DNA from: a virus
Taxonomy: Duplodnaviria > Caudoviricetes
DNA length: 54,501 bases
Reading direction: 5' to 3' (one strand)
Virus record (IMG/VR): IMGVR_UViG_3300017747_002190
Location: 1 to 54,501 of that record
Numbering within the stretch: the stretch's first letter is position 1; each line of letters opens with the position of its first letter. Shown one piece after another: positions 26,749 to 34,241 of this stretch. The notes beneath the pieces were generated by a model. That model was not told the DNA's origin, ran no database searches, and saw only the letters and a program-made list of their open reading frames with translations. Made by a program: the position numbers and the translations under genes.

Positions 26749-27413
26749 GCTTTCACCTCGTAGTCCTTGAACACAACGCCCTTGCTGGCATTACCAACTT
26801 TGCAGGCTTTGACCCAAGCCTTTTTGCCGCCTTTACAGATGCGCCAATGACCGCGCCTGTCGTGCAATCTTGGTGATGCGTGGGTGCCGCCTTGCGGCTC
26901 GCCCTTGGGTTTTTTGGGCGCAATCTCAACGGTGTGCCAATCAAACAACGCCAATGGCTTTCCCTTGGCGGCCCGAGCGGCATTCAGAAGGGACTTTTTG
27001 GGCGTCGGAAAATATGCCGTCTGCGTCACAGCGTTTAGGCTTTGTACAAAACGACTGACGAGCGCGATGACTGGCAGGTAATGCGCCCGAGAAGGAGGCT
27101 CCATGCCTTCTCTTCCGTAGATGCGTATCCCTTCGTCGGTGTTTATGTAAGAGAACGGCTTAATGATTGCGGGAAATTTGCCGGTGTCATACCTGCCGGC
27201 TACGCTTACATGGTTGTCACCAGTAATCAGCGCCACGCAAAACTTACTTCCGTCCACATCAACGCCGCAAAACGCGGTGCGCGGATATGGCATAGCAAAT
27301 AATTCATCATCAAGCCTTGCCTCCACAAGTTCTGGAATGTTTCCTACATCAAACCAAGTCCACCGTTCAGCATCATTAGTGACTTTTACAAACTCAGTGA
27401 TAAGGGGCGTCAC
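26745..27413 (-). CDS. Hypothetical protein with GGTHASPR-H-RRGHWR C-terminal motif (paralog of 34238-34924)
   Basis: GTG start overlapping the upstream stop; AT-richer than the flanking genes. Confidence 0.75.
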   Translation of the reverse strand: MTPLITEFVKVTNDAERWTWFDVGNIPELVEARLDDELFAMPYPRTAFCGVDVDGSKFCVALITGDNHVSVAGRYDTGKFPAIIKPFSYINTDEGIRIYGREGMEPPSRAHYLPVIALVSRFVQSLNAVTQTAYFPTPKKSLLNAARAAKGKPLALFDWHTVEIAPKKPKGEPQGGTHASPRLHDRRGHWRICKGGKKAWVKACKVGNASKGVVFKDYEVKA

Positions 27414-27661
27414 TTGATCACCCCCACAGGACCGAACACCATCCCGATCAGGATGACCGCAATTGCCGCGCCCAACACCTTGGGCCACAGCGGCTCGGGC
27501 TCGGGCTCGACGTACTTGTGCGCCTCGATCTCGTCGGGATCGACGCAAGGCTCAACCGGAACCCACTCCTGCCTGCAGTAAATGCATTTGTGGCCGCCCG
27601 AAAACCACGGCCTCCATTCGTGCTCTCCCGTCGTTGACGGCTTGCAAACGTCTTCGTTCAT
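27410..27661 (-). CDS. Small protein with C/H cluster and a C-terminal TM helix
   Basis: CKP...HEW...HKCIYC; WPKVLGAAIAVILIGMVFG; GAGGAG SD. Confidence 0.6.
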   Translation of the reverse strand: MNEDVCKPSTTGEHEWRPWFSGGHKCIYCRQEWVPVEPCVDPDEIEAHKYVEPEPEPLWPKVLGAAIAVILIGMVFGPVGVIK

Positions 27662-27678
27662 TCGCTGTACTCCTCAGC

Positions 27679-27698
27679 AAAAGGGGGCCGAAGCCCCC
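27679..27698 (-). terminator. Rho-independent terminator after the DUF2829 gene
   Basis: Minus strand GGGGGC-TTCG-GCCCCC-TTTT. Confidence 0.8.
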
Positions 27699-27709
27699 AG
27701 TGTCCCGAC

Positions 27710-28132
27710 TCAGGCAGCCGGTGCTGCCGGTGCTGACGGCTCCGCCTTCTTGCGGCCGGGGGGCGCCTTGGGCGTGCCGTCCTTCTTCCGGCCGTACGGG
27801 GCGTCAGGATCGCGCTGTACGGGCGTTTTCGCCCTGGCTGCACCCTTGGGTCGTCCGCGGCGCTTCGGAGTCTCCTGGGCCGTTTGCGGGGCCTTCGCGG
27901 CGGCTTGGGGCGCGATGACCGTCCAGTCGTCAGACAGCATGTCGGTCTGCGAGGCGAGCCAGGGCACTCGGGCGCTGCCGGCCGGGTATTCCAGGTAGAT
28001 GTACGGCAGCGTCATCCTGCTGTTGGCGTCGGGGCGCTGCAAGTGCAGCGACAAGCCCTTGCCGTTCCAGCCGTCGCGGCTGACCGAGTGCCCTTGCTTG
28101 AGCAAGGCGAGTGCGAGAGAAAAGTCCATCAT
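27710..28132 (-). CDS. DUF2829 (Tad2-like Thoeris anti-defence sponge) domain fused to a basic AT-hook tail
   Basis: FSLALALLKQGHSVSRDGWNGKG...LPYIYL...VPWLASQTDMLSDDW; tail KRRGRPKG. Confidence 0.82.
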   Translation of the reverse strand: MMDFSLALALLKQGHSVSRDGWNGKGLSLHLQRPDANSRMTLPYIYLEYPAGSARVPWLASQTDMLSDDWTVIAPQAAAKAPQTAQETPKRRGRPKGAARAKTPVQRDPDAPYGRKKDGTPKAPPGRKKAEPSAPAAPAA

Positions 28133-28140
28133 CTATCTCC

Positions 28141-28797
28141 TCAGAACGGGATGTCGTCGTCCATTTCCTCCAGCGACTTCGCAGATGCGTTCTGCTCGCG
28201 CTGGTACTGCTCGGCCGGAGAACCCTTCGGCCATTCGGGGGCGGACTGAATCTTGGCCTTGAGCCTATCGCCCAGGCTGTCGAACAGCGCCATGTCGGGG
28301 TTGTCGAGATCGAAGAAGGCCGTCTTGTTGTGGCCCTCGGGCAGCCCCATGCGGCGCACGTTGGCCGGCACCGGGCTGACGGCCGTGACGTTGGAGTACT
28401 CCTTGCCGTCCTGGCCGGCGGTCTTCATGACGGTCAGCATGCACCACGCGCCGAGCACGTTGCGCAGGTGGAATCCGTTGAGCTCTTCTTGCGTGAAATC
28501 CCTGCCGCGCCAAGACTTGAGGTCAATGCGCAAGCGGGCGTTCTCGCCCAGGCTGACGGTGTAGTTCTTGCTGATCGTCAGCGGCTCGTTCTTGTCGGTG
28601 ACAAGCGGCTTGCCGGCGTCATCTTCGCTGTGGACTTCCCACTGGAGCATGACCTTCGGGGAGATCTTCTGCTGGCCTTTCCATTCGCTTTTCTGCGAAC
28701 CGAGGTCAATGATGCGGTAGCACCGTGCGAGGTGCATGCCCGGGGGGACGGGCTTGAAGTCTCCGCCGCCTCCTGTTTGTCGTGCTGTCAGTCCCAT
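28141..28797 (-). CDS. Single-stranded DNA-binding-like / replication protein with an acidic DDDIPF tail
   Basis: PGMHLARCYRIIDLG...SLGENARLRIDLKSWRG; C-terminal EEMDDDIPF is typical of SSBs. Confidence 0.7.
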   Translation of the reverse strand: MGLTARQTGGGGDFKPVPPGMHLARCYRIIDLGSQKSEWKGQQKISPKVMLQWEVHSEDDAGKPLVTDKNEPLTISKNYTVSLGENARLRIDLKSWRGRDFTQEELNGFHLRNVLGAWCMLTVMKTAGQDGKEYSNVTAVSPVPANVRRMGLPEGHNKTAFFDLDNPDMALFDSLGDRLKAKIQSAPEWPKGSPAEQYQREQNASAKSLEEMDDDIPF

Positions 28798-28798
28798 A

Positions 28799-29065
28799 TC
28801 AAAGTCCCATGTAGCTTCGGATGGCGAGCATGTCGCCGGGTTGTGCCGCGCCTCGTTCGACGCGGTCAAGAATGCGGCGCATCTCTGCGTCGCGTGCCTC
28901 CATCGCGCTGTCGAACCCGCGCGCTCGAAGACGATTGCGGTGAACGCCTGTGTCAAGGTCCGGCGGGTTCTGGCCCAGCCGTTCCCATTCCCGAGTGATC
29001 GTGCTGGCCACGTCGGTTGACACCGCGTTTGTGTAGCGTTTGTATGGATCCTGTGATGTGAGCAT
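28799..29065 (-). CDS. Hypothetical protein, first gene of the leftward operon
   Basis: MLTSQDPYKRYTNAV...; directly downstream of the leftward promoter. Confidence 0.6.
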   Translation of the reverse strand: MLTSQDPYKRYTNAVSTDVASTITREWERLGQNPPDLDTGVHRNRLRARGFDSAMEARDAEMRRILDRVERGAAQPGDMLAIRSYMGL

Positions 29066-29093
29066 GTCCGCCCTTCGCTGTTGATGAGATTGC

Positions 29094-29123
29094 ACTGTAG
29101 CATGATGTAAGCGCAGATTGCAA
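29094..29123 (-). promoter_or_regulatory. Leftward sigma70-like promoter (PL)
   Basis: Minus strand TTGCAA-N18-TACAGT followed by the ACAGCGAA leader motif; overlaps TGTAA-N7-TTGCA at 29106-29122. Confidence 0.65.
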
Positions 29124-29179
29124 CACCAGATCAAAAAACAAAGTCATCGTGTATGATGCACTCACACAACGAGGCCGAC

Positions 29180-29389
29180 ATGACTCTCAAAGAATGGTTT
29201 GACTCCCAACCGCACGGCTCCAAGGCCATCATGGCCCGTAGGCTGGGCATCACTCGCACCTGGATGTCGGGCATCATCAGCGGACGGGAGACCTGCTCCC
29301 CGTACCTTGCTGTGGCCATCAGCCAGATGACCAACGGCGCCGTTCGCAAGGAGGACTTGCGGCCGGACCTGTTCGGCAGCGCGTCGTGA
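29180..29389 (+). CDS. Cro/YdaS-like HTH transcriptional regulator
   Basis: KAIMARRLGITRTWMSGIISG...AVAISQMTNGAVRKEDLRPDLF; divergent from the leftward operon. Confidence 0.8.
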   Translation: MTLKEWFDSQPHGSKAIMARRLGITRTWMSGIISGRETCSPYLAVAISQMTNGAVRKEDLRPDLFGSAS

Positions 29390-29700
29390 ACTACCTCTTC
29401 AACCTCGACGCCTGGGGGCCCGTGATGGCCTCCATGCCGGACGCTGAGGATCTGGCGCTGCGCCGCATGATCGACGCGTATTTCGAGCGCGAGGGCCCGC
29501 TGCCGCGCGACCGCAAGCTCCTCCAAGACCTGATCCGGCTGGACTGGGACTGCATCTCACCCGTGCTGGAGAGGTTCTTCGACGTGACCGACGCCGGGTA
29601 CACCCAGCACGAACTGCAGGCCGAGGTGGAACGCCTGCAACGCCGCAGGAAGGTGGCGGCCATCAATGGTGCTCGCGGAGGTCGACCTCGGCGGGTATGA
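29386..29700 (+). CDS. Short DUF1376/YdaU-like protein
   Basis: EDLALRRMIDAYFEREGPLP...VLERFF...GY...NGARGGRP. Confidence 0.75.
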   Translation: MNYLFNLDAWGPVMASMPDAEDLALRRMIDAYFEREGPLPRDRKLLQDLIRLDWDCISPVLERFFDVTDAGYTQHELQAEVERLQRRRKVAAINGARGGRPRRV

Positions 29701-29705
29701 TGTTG

Positions 29706-29793
29706 CGAGACCCGGCTAGGGGGGGAGTAGCTACCCGCCCGAAAAGCGTTCCTCCTCCGCCTGCCGGTGCTCTCCTCTGAGGGGGGAAGAGGA
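29706..29793 (+). ncRNA. Candidate structured cis-regulatory RNA leader of the replication initiator
   Basis: CCGGC/GCCGG and AGG/CCT stems enclose two hairpins and a GAAAA junction; TCCTCT/AGAGGA hairpin over the RBS; TATGAT at 29696-29701. Confidence 0.45.
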
Positions 29794-30653
29794 TGGACAT
29801 GCACTACTACCAATGGCACGTCGGGGACTATCAGTCCCACACCCAGCACCTCAGCGAGATGGAAGATCTCGCGTACCGCAGGATGCTGGACTGGTGCTAC
29901 CTGCACGAGCAACCCCTGCCGCTTGACCAAGACGAGGTCGCGTGGCTCATCCGCATGCGTTCGCATAGCGACTGCATTGCGACCGTACTGCGTTTCTTCT
30001 TCGTTCGCACGGACAAAGGGTGGGTAAACCCTAGGGTTCAGCGCGAGATGGAGCGGTACGCCTCCAAGAGCGAGAAGGCGCGGCAGAGCGCCCAGGCCCG
30101 GTGGTCGAATAGCCCCCCCAGTGGGGAGGGCATGGGGAGGGCATCGAAGAAGGACTCTGCTGATGCGAACGCATTGCGAACGCAGTCCGAAGGCAATGCT
30201 AACCAAGAACCAAGAACCAACAACCAAGAACCAGAAGACATAGCTCCTTCGGAGCTTGTGCGCCAGGGCAAGCCTGGAGCACCAAATCGGCTGCAGGATG
30301 TGCCAAAAACTTTGGAGCATGCGATCCAAAGAGCGCCTGCGGCACCTGACTGCCCGCACGCTGAGATCGTTGAGCTCTATCACGAGTGCTGCCCGACTCT
30401 CGCCAGGGTCATGGTGCTGAGCCCAAAGCGGCAGGCGCTGATGCGCAGCCGGTGGCGCGAGGTCTGGGCTGACCTGAAGTGGGACCGGGCCGGGGGCGTC
30501 GGTTGGTTCCGAGAGTTCTTCGAGTCGGTCAACCGGTCGGACTTCCTGACCGGCCGGGCGAAGAGCGACAGGCAGTGGCAGGCAGACCTTGAGTGGCTGA
30601 TGCTGCCGAGCAACTTCGTCAAGGTGGCCGAAGGCCGATACAACAAGGGGTGA
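29793..30653 (+). CDS. DUF1376/YdaU-family replication initiator
   Basis: MHYYQWHVGDYQSHTQHLSEMEDLAYRRMLD...KARQSAQARW; internal iterons; C-terminal FLTGR...WQADLEWLM...NFVKVAEGRY. Confidence 0.82.
   Translation: MDMHYYQWHVGDYQSHTQHLSEMEDLAYRRMLDWCYLHEQPLPLDQDEVAWLIRMRSHSDCIATVLRFFFVRTDKGWVNPRVQREMERYASKSEKARQSAQARWSNSPPSGEGMGRASKKDSADANALRTQSEGNANQEPRTNNQEPEDIAPSELVRQGKPGAPNRLQDVPKTLEHAIQRAPAAPDCPHAEIVELYHECCPTLARVMVLSPKRQALMRSRWREVWADLKWDRAGGVGWFREFFESVNRSDFLTGRAKSDRQWQADLEWLMLPSNFVKVAEGRYNKG
30121..30238 (+). repeat. Iteron-like repeats, putative replication origin within the initiator gene
   Basis: 11-bp period gtggggagggc/atggggagggc and atgcgaacgca/ttgcgaacgca/gtccgaaggca, then A/C-rich AACCAAG-like heptamers. 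Confidence 0.65.
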
Positions 30654-30657
30654 TGAC

Positions 30658-31086
30658 ATGGGCTACGCAGCGACTCTCAAGAAGATCCACGAGCAGGAAG
30701 ACGCGCCTCAATTGACCGGCTGCCGGGCGCATGGGTGCCCGTTCCCCGCGGCGATGTCGGCCGGTGGCGGGGCGCCCGGGTTCTGCCGGCATCACGACGG
30801 CGTCAACCCGCTCCAGTGGCCGGGCATCACTGATTCGATGCTGCGCCAGTACGGGCCGCTGACGGGCGAGGTGCTCGGGGCCCGCCGGTATTTCGGCTCC
30901 GGCCTGCCGGGCGATGATGCCCAGCGGATGGCTGAGGCCTGGGCCCGCCTGCAGCCGCACGGCTACGACATGGACCCGGCTGACTGCGTCCACCGCAACG
31001 GCAAGCGCGAGCCGGCCCGGACGTACCGGCGCTGGGCGTATGCGGCCGAGGACCTGCTGGCCAAACTGCTGAGGACTGCGCGATGA
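30658..31086 (+). CDS. Hypothetical protein with CxxxGC...CxxH motif (after the initiator)
   Basis: CRAHGCP...FCRHH; occupies the usual helicase-loader position. Confidence 0.6.
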   Translation: MGYAATLKKIHEQEDAPQLTGCRAHGCPFPAAMSAGGGAPGFCRHHDGVNPLQWPGITDSMLRQYGPLTGEVLGARRYFGSGLPGDDAQRMAEAWARLQPHGYDMDPADCVHRNGKREPARTYRRWAYAAEDLLAKLLRTAR

Positions 31087-31152
31087 CAGTCGCATGTATG
31101 GGCGGCTGGTGCATGATGCGCGAGTCGTGCGCGTACTACCACGTCGAGTCCA

Positions 31153-31395
31153 ATGTCATCCTTGAGCGACTCTACCACCAATATTCCCTGGACGCATTCC
31201 GACGAGTATCGGCATCAGTGCTTGGTGAGATGGCTGATTTCGATGCGGATCGCCGACCGCGCTTGCGCGATGCAGTGGCTGCAGGAATGGCAGCGCCGGC
31301 ACCCGGGCAGTATGCTGGAGCGCGACGTCCGGCAGCAGTGGACCCTGGGCAACCGGGGGGCGAAGGGGGACTGGCGTGCTCTTCCTAGGAGTTGA
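31153..31395 (+). CDS. Hypothetical phage protein
   Basis: EYRHQCLVRWLI...DVRQQWTLGNRGAKGDW; overlaps the ORF at 31083-31388. Confidence 0.55.
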   Translation: MSSLSDSTTNIPWTHSDEYRHQCLVRWLISMRIADRACAMQWLQEWQRRHPGSMLERDVRQQWTLGNRGAKGDWRALPRS

Positions 31396-31828
31396 CCCTG
31401 GCCTCGTGTCTGTCGCCTGGGGGCTGATCGACCACCACGGCGGCTTCCGAGCCTGCGGGCCGATCCCGAACGCCGATCGCCGGATCACTGTCCGACGCTG
31501 GCGCGAGGACCTGCTGCAGGCAGTCGGCCGAGAAGACTGCATTGCGGCCCTTGAGAGCGTCCACAGCATGCCAGGACAGGGGGTGGCCTCGACTTTCGCC
31601 TTTGGACGCGCTGTAGGGGCTATACAGGGCCTTCTTGACCTATTGCCGTGGCCGGTCACCCTGGCCGAGCCGAGGGTCTGGAAGCGCACGATGGGACTGA
31701 CCGCGGACAAGGCGTCGTCCCTGCTGGCCGCCCGCAACCTGTGGCCCGAGGCGCCGCTGAAGCGCGTCAAGGACCACGGGGCGGCCGAGGCGCTCTTGTT
31801 GGCCGAGTGGCTGAGGAGGCAGCGCTGA
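31376..31828 (+). CDS. ruvC: RuvC-like Holliday junction resolvase
   Basis: LGVDPG, ESVHSMPGQGVASTFAFG, PRVWK and DHGAAEALLLA. Confidence 0.85.
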   Translation: MLFLGVDPGLVSVAWGLIDHHGGFRACGPIPNADRRITVRRWREDLLQAVGREDCIAALESVHSMPGQGVASTFAFGRAVGAIQGLLDLLPWPVTLAEPRVWKRTMGLTADKASSLLAARNLWPEAPLKRVKDHGAAEALLLAEWLRRQR

Positions 31829-32268
31829 TGGACGGCTGGAGAGCGGACGACGGGAGGCACCCTTTCAACGGCTTCGCGCCCGACCGCCGCCTGCTCCAGG
31901 CCATCATCTGCGTGGCGATTGAGGACTGCTGTCGGCCGCCGACGCGGGCTGAGGCGCGGTTCAAGGCCAACCGGCTGAGGGACCAGATCCAGGCGCTGCG
32001 CTGGCTGTTCTGCGACTCGCCGGCCCTGGACTGGTACGCCGAACTGCTGGAGATCTCGGTGTCCGACCTGCGCAGCAGCCTCGTGCGGGCGGCGTATGAG
32101 GACGGCGAGGGGTCAGCGTTTCGGCCTGATCAGCGCAGGGTGTTTCGTGTGCGGTATCAGTGGGCGAAGAGCGCCGGACTCTTCAATGAGCCGTACGACG
32201 TTTTTGCAGAGGACAGAGGGGATGACGATGAGGCTGGAGAAGACGACGGATCCGAACGATGCGATTGA
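31828..32268 (+). CDS. Hypothetical protein
   Basis: LLQAIICVAIED...ALRWLF; TGATG coupling. Confidence 0.6.
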   Translation: MDGWRADDGRHPFNGFAPDRRLLQAIICVAIEDCCRPPTRAEARFKANRLRDQIQALRWLFCDSPALDWYAELLEISVSDLRSSLVRAAYEDGEGSAFRPDQRRVFRVRYQWAKSAGLFNEPYDVFAEDRGDDDEAGEDDGSERCD

Positions 32269-32575
32269 GTACATTTTCCGCCACGGCAAAAAGTACGCTC
32301 AGGCAAAAGCCGATAGGATCTTCCTGGAGGAGTACCGGAAGAGCAAAAAAGCCATCCTCATGAAGGAGGCCGAGGTCTACGGGAATCGCACCGCCGCCGC
32401 TCAGGAGCGCGAGGCGTATGCGCACGACGACTACGTCGAGCTCTTGAAGGGCTTGCAGCAGGCTGTGGCGATCGAGGAGGAGCTTCGGTGGGGGCTGGTA
32501 GCTGCGCAGGCCAGGATCGACGTCTGGCGCAGCCAGGAGGCGTCTGCGCGGCAGGAAGTCAAGGCCGTCCTATGA
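32222..32575 (+). CDS. Conserved helical phage protein
   Basis: YAQAKADRIFLEEYRKSKKAILM...AQEREAYAH...RIDVWRSQEAS. Confidence 0.7.
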   Translation: MTMRLEKTTDPNDAIEYIFRHGKKYAQAKADRIFLEEYRKSKKAILMKEAEVYGNRTAAAQEREAYAHDDYVELLKGLQQAVAIEEELRWGLVAAQARIDVWRSQEASARQEVKAVL

Positions 32576-32868
32576 AGACCGAACTCCGACGGTACATGTC
32601 GCAGGTGGCGGACCTCGGGTGCGTCGTCTGCCGGCGGATCCACGGGCCGCACGACCCCGGGCCGGTTGAGCTCCATCACCCGCGAGCCGGCGTCGGGATG
32701 GCCCGCCGATCGAGCGACTGGAACGTGGTTCCGCTGTGTGTCGCGCATCACCGAGGTAAGGCGAGCGTGCATGGCCTGGGCACGAAGGGCTTCCCGGCCT
32801 ACTATGGTTTCACTGAGGCGGACCTGCTGGCCGACGTCCGGGCTCTGGTCAAAGACCCCAGGACATAG
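32572..32868 (+). CDS. Ref-family (recombination enhancement) HNH-like nuclease
   Basis: VADLGCVVC...ELHH...GMARR...VPLCVAHHRG...VHG...YGFTEADLL. Confidence 0.78.
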   Translation: MKTELRRYMSQVADLGCVVCRRIHGPHDPGPVELHHPRAGVGMARRSSDWNVVPLCVAHHRGKASVHGLGTKGFPAYYGFTEADLLADVRALVKDPRT

Positions 32869-32875
32869 TCTGGTA

Positions 32876-32949
32876 TTGCATGATTGTGTAAGTTGGGCTT
32901 ACACTAGCGTCACTGCGATCGAGCAGCAACTACAGCGAAGGACAGCGAA
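32876..32949 (+). promoter_or_regulatory. Promoter/leader cassette P1
   Basis: TTGCAT-N18-TACACT; TGTAA-N7-TTACA at 32887-32903; CTGC-gatcga-GCAG hairpin; two copies of ACAGCGAA. Confidence 0.75.
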
Positions 32950-33246
32950 ATGAACACCACGATCAACACCGCCGCCGCCGACATCGACACGCTGGGCGCC
33001 ATCTTGGCCAACATCGCCGCGCTGGAGAAGCGGGCTGAGGAGATCAAGAAGTCCCTCAAAGAGGAGGCTTCCATGTCCGGGCAGCAGCACTTCGACGGCC
33101 AACTGTTCCGCGCCACCTACGTCGAGAGCAACCGGTCTACCGTGGACTGGAAGGCCATCGCCGCCAAGTACGCGATCCCCGCCGAGGCGATCGCCCTGCA
33201 CACGAAGACCCAGGCCGTCTACTCGGTCAAGGTCTCCACCCTGTGA
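32950..33246 (+). CDS. Hypothetical early protein
   Basis: IDTLGAILANIAALEKRAEEIK...GQLFRATYVESNRSTVDWK; first gene after P1. Confidence 0.75.
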   Translation: MNTTINTAAADIDTLGAILANIAALEKRAEEIKKSLKEEASMSGQQHFDGQLFRATYVESNRSTVDWKAIAAKYAIPAEAIALHTKTQAVYSVKVSTL

Positions 33247-33260
33247 TTGAGGAGACAGAC

Positions 33261-33569
33261 ATGAGCTTCCTGCATCTCCGCGCTCAACTCCGGGCCCTCC
33301 GGGCCTCCCTGGCCGGGCAGCCGGCCCTCCGCACGTCGCGGGCTTGCGACTGGTCAAGGGTTCGCGTCGCGCTCCGCGCCGCGGCCGGCGCCAAGAAACG
33401 GGTCCGCGTGTACGCCGGCTCGGGCTTCGTGCCCAACAGCTACAAGTGGCGCTGCCAGATCCAGTACATCGAGGTGCTGCTGACCGACGGCAAGGCGACC
33501 AGCATCTACGCAAACTGGACCGGGGCCCAGCGACCCCGCGGCCAGGGCTCGCTGGTGGTGGTTCAGTGA
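33261..33569 (+). CDS. Hypothetical early protein
   Basis: GAGGAG SD; GFVPNSYKWRC motif. Confidence 0.65.
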   Translation: MSFLHLRAQLRALRASLAGQPALRTSRACDWSRVRVALRAAAGAKKRVRVYAGSGFVPNSYKWRCQIQYIEVLLTDGKATSIYANWTGAQRPRGQGSLVVVQ

Positions 33570-33748
33570 AAAAGGCCCGCCCAGATTCCCCCGGGCGGGC
33601 AAAGCGGCCTCAGAAGGGGGAGACAGACCCTGCTGTTGCGAGGCCGCTGCAGTCCAGTCTACCCAACTGGCCCTTCCCGCCAGTGCTCCTGGACTACAGC
33701 CGGCCGCTGAAGCCGGACGTCAGCGACGTCGAGGACGCCCTCTTCTAA
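33566..33748 (+). CDS. Small hypothetical protein
   Basis: GTGA overlap; NWPFP...EDALF. Confidence 0.5.
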   Translation: MKKARPDSPGRAKRPQKGETDPAVARPLQSSLPNWPFPPVLLDYSRPLKPDVSDVEDALF

Positions 33749-33769
33749 TCCCGACCAGATTGAAGGGGC

Positions 33770-33841
33770 TTGTGTCAAAGTCAAAGTTGGGCTTACACTA
33801 GCATCACTGCAACACGCAGGAAAGCGAATCAGGAAAACACC
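33770..33841 (+). promoter_or_regulatory. Promoter/leader cassette P2
   Basis: TTGTGT-N18-TACACT; aagttgggcttacactagc shared with P1; CTGC-aacac-GCAG; AAAGCGAA. Confidence 0.72.
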
Positions 33842-34060
33842 ATGCTGCTGACTGCCAACTTCAAGATGGCCCTGACGGGGCAAAACATCAGCCTTAGCTT
33901 GCTGGCCCCCAGTTTCCCGTTGGACGCCGACCTGCAGTCGATCGACCGCCCGGAGTTCATGCCCGCCGGGTCGCACAAGACCTGGGACCGGGTCGACGGG
34001 GAAACGACCTTCCGGTATGTCTTGGCCGAGGTCGCCCATGTTGAGGCACTGCGTTTCTGA
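33842..34060 (+). CDS. Hypothetical early protein
   Basis: AGGA SD; first gene after P2. Confidence 0.6.
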   Translation: MLLTANFKMALTGQNISLSLLAPSFPLDADLQSIDRPEFMPAGSHKTWDRVDGETTFRYVLAEVAHVEALRF

Positions 34061-34070
34061 AGGAAGCATC

Positions 34071-34241
34071 ATGATCAAGTTGGAAAACACGGTTGACGGT
34101 CTGTCCGTCACCATCATCCCGACGCAGCAGACGGTCTATGAAGTCGTCTTCCGCGACGAGGAGTCTGGCGCCGAGATCGGTCGTAGGGTTTTCATCGACG
34201 CGCAGCAGGCCAGGGACTTTGCCGAGAAGGTGCTCGGGTGA
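34071..34241 (+). CDS. Small hypothetical protein
   Basis: AAGGA SD; MIKLENTVDG... Confidence 0.6.
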   Translation: MIKLENTVDGLSVTIIPTQQTVYEVVFRDEESGAEIGRRVFIDAQQARDFAEKVLG

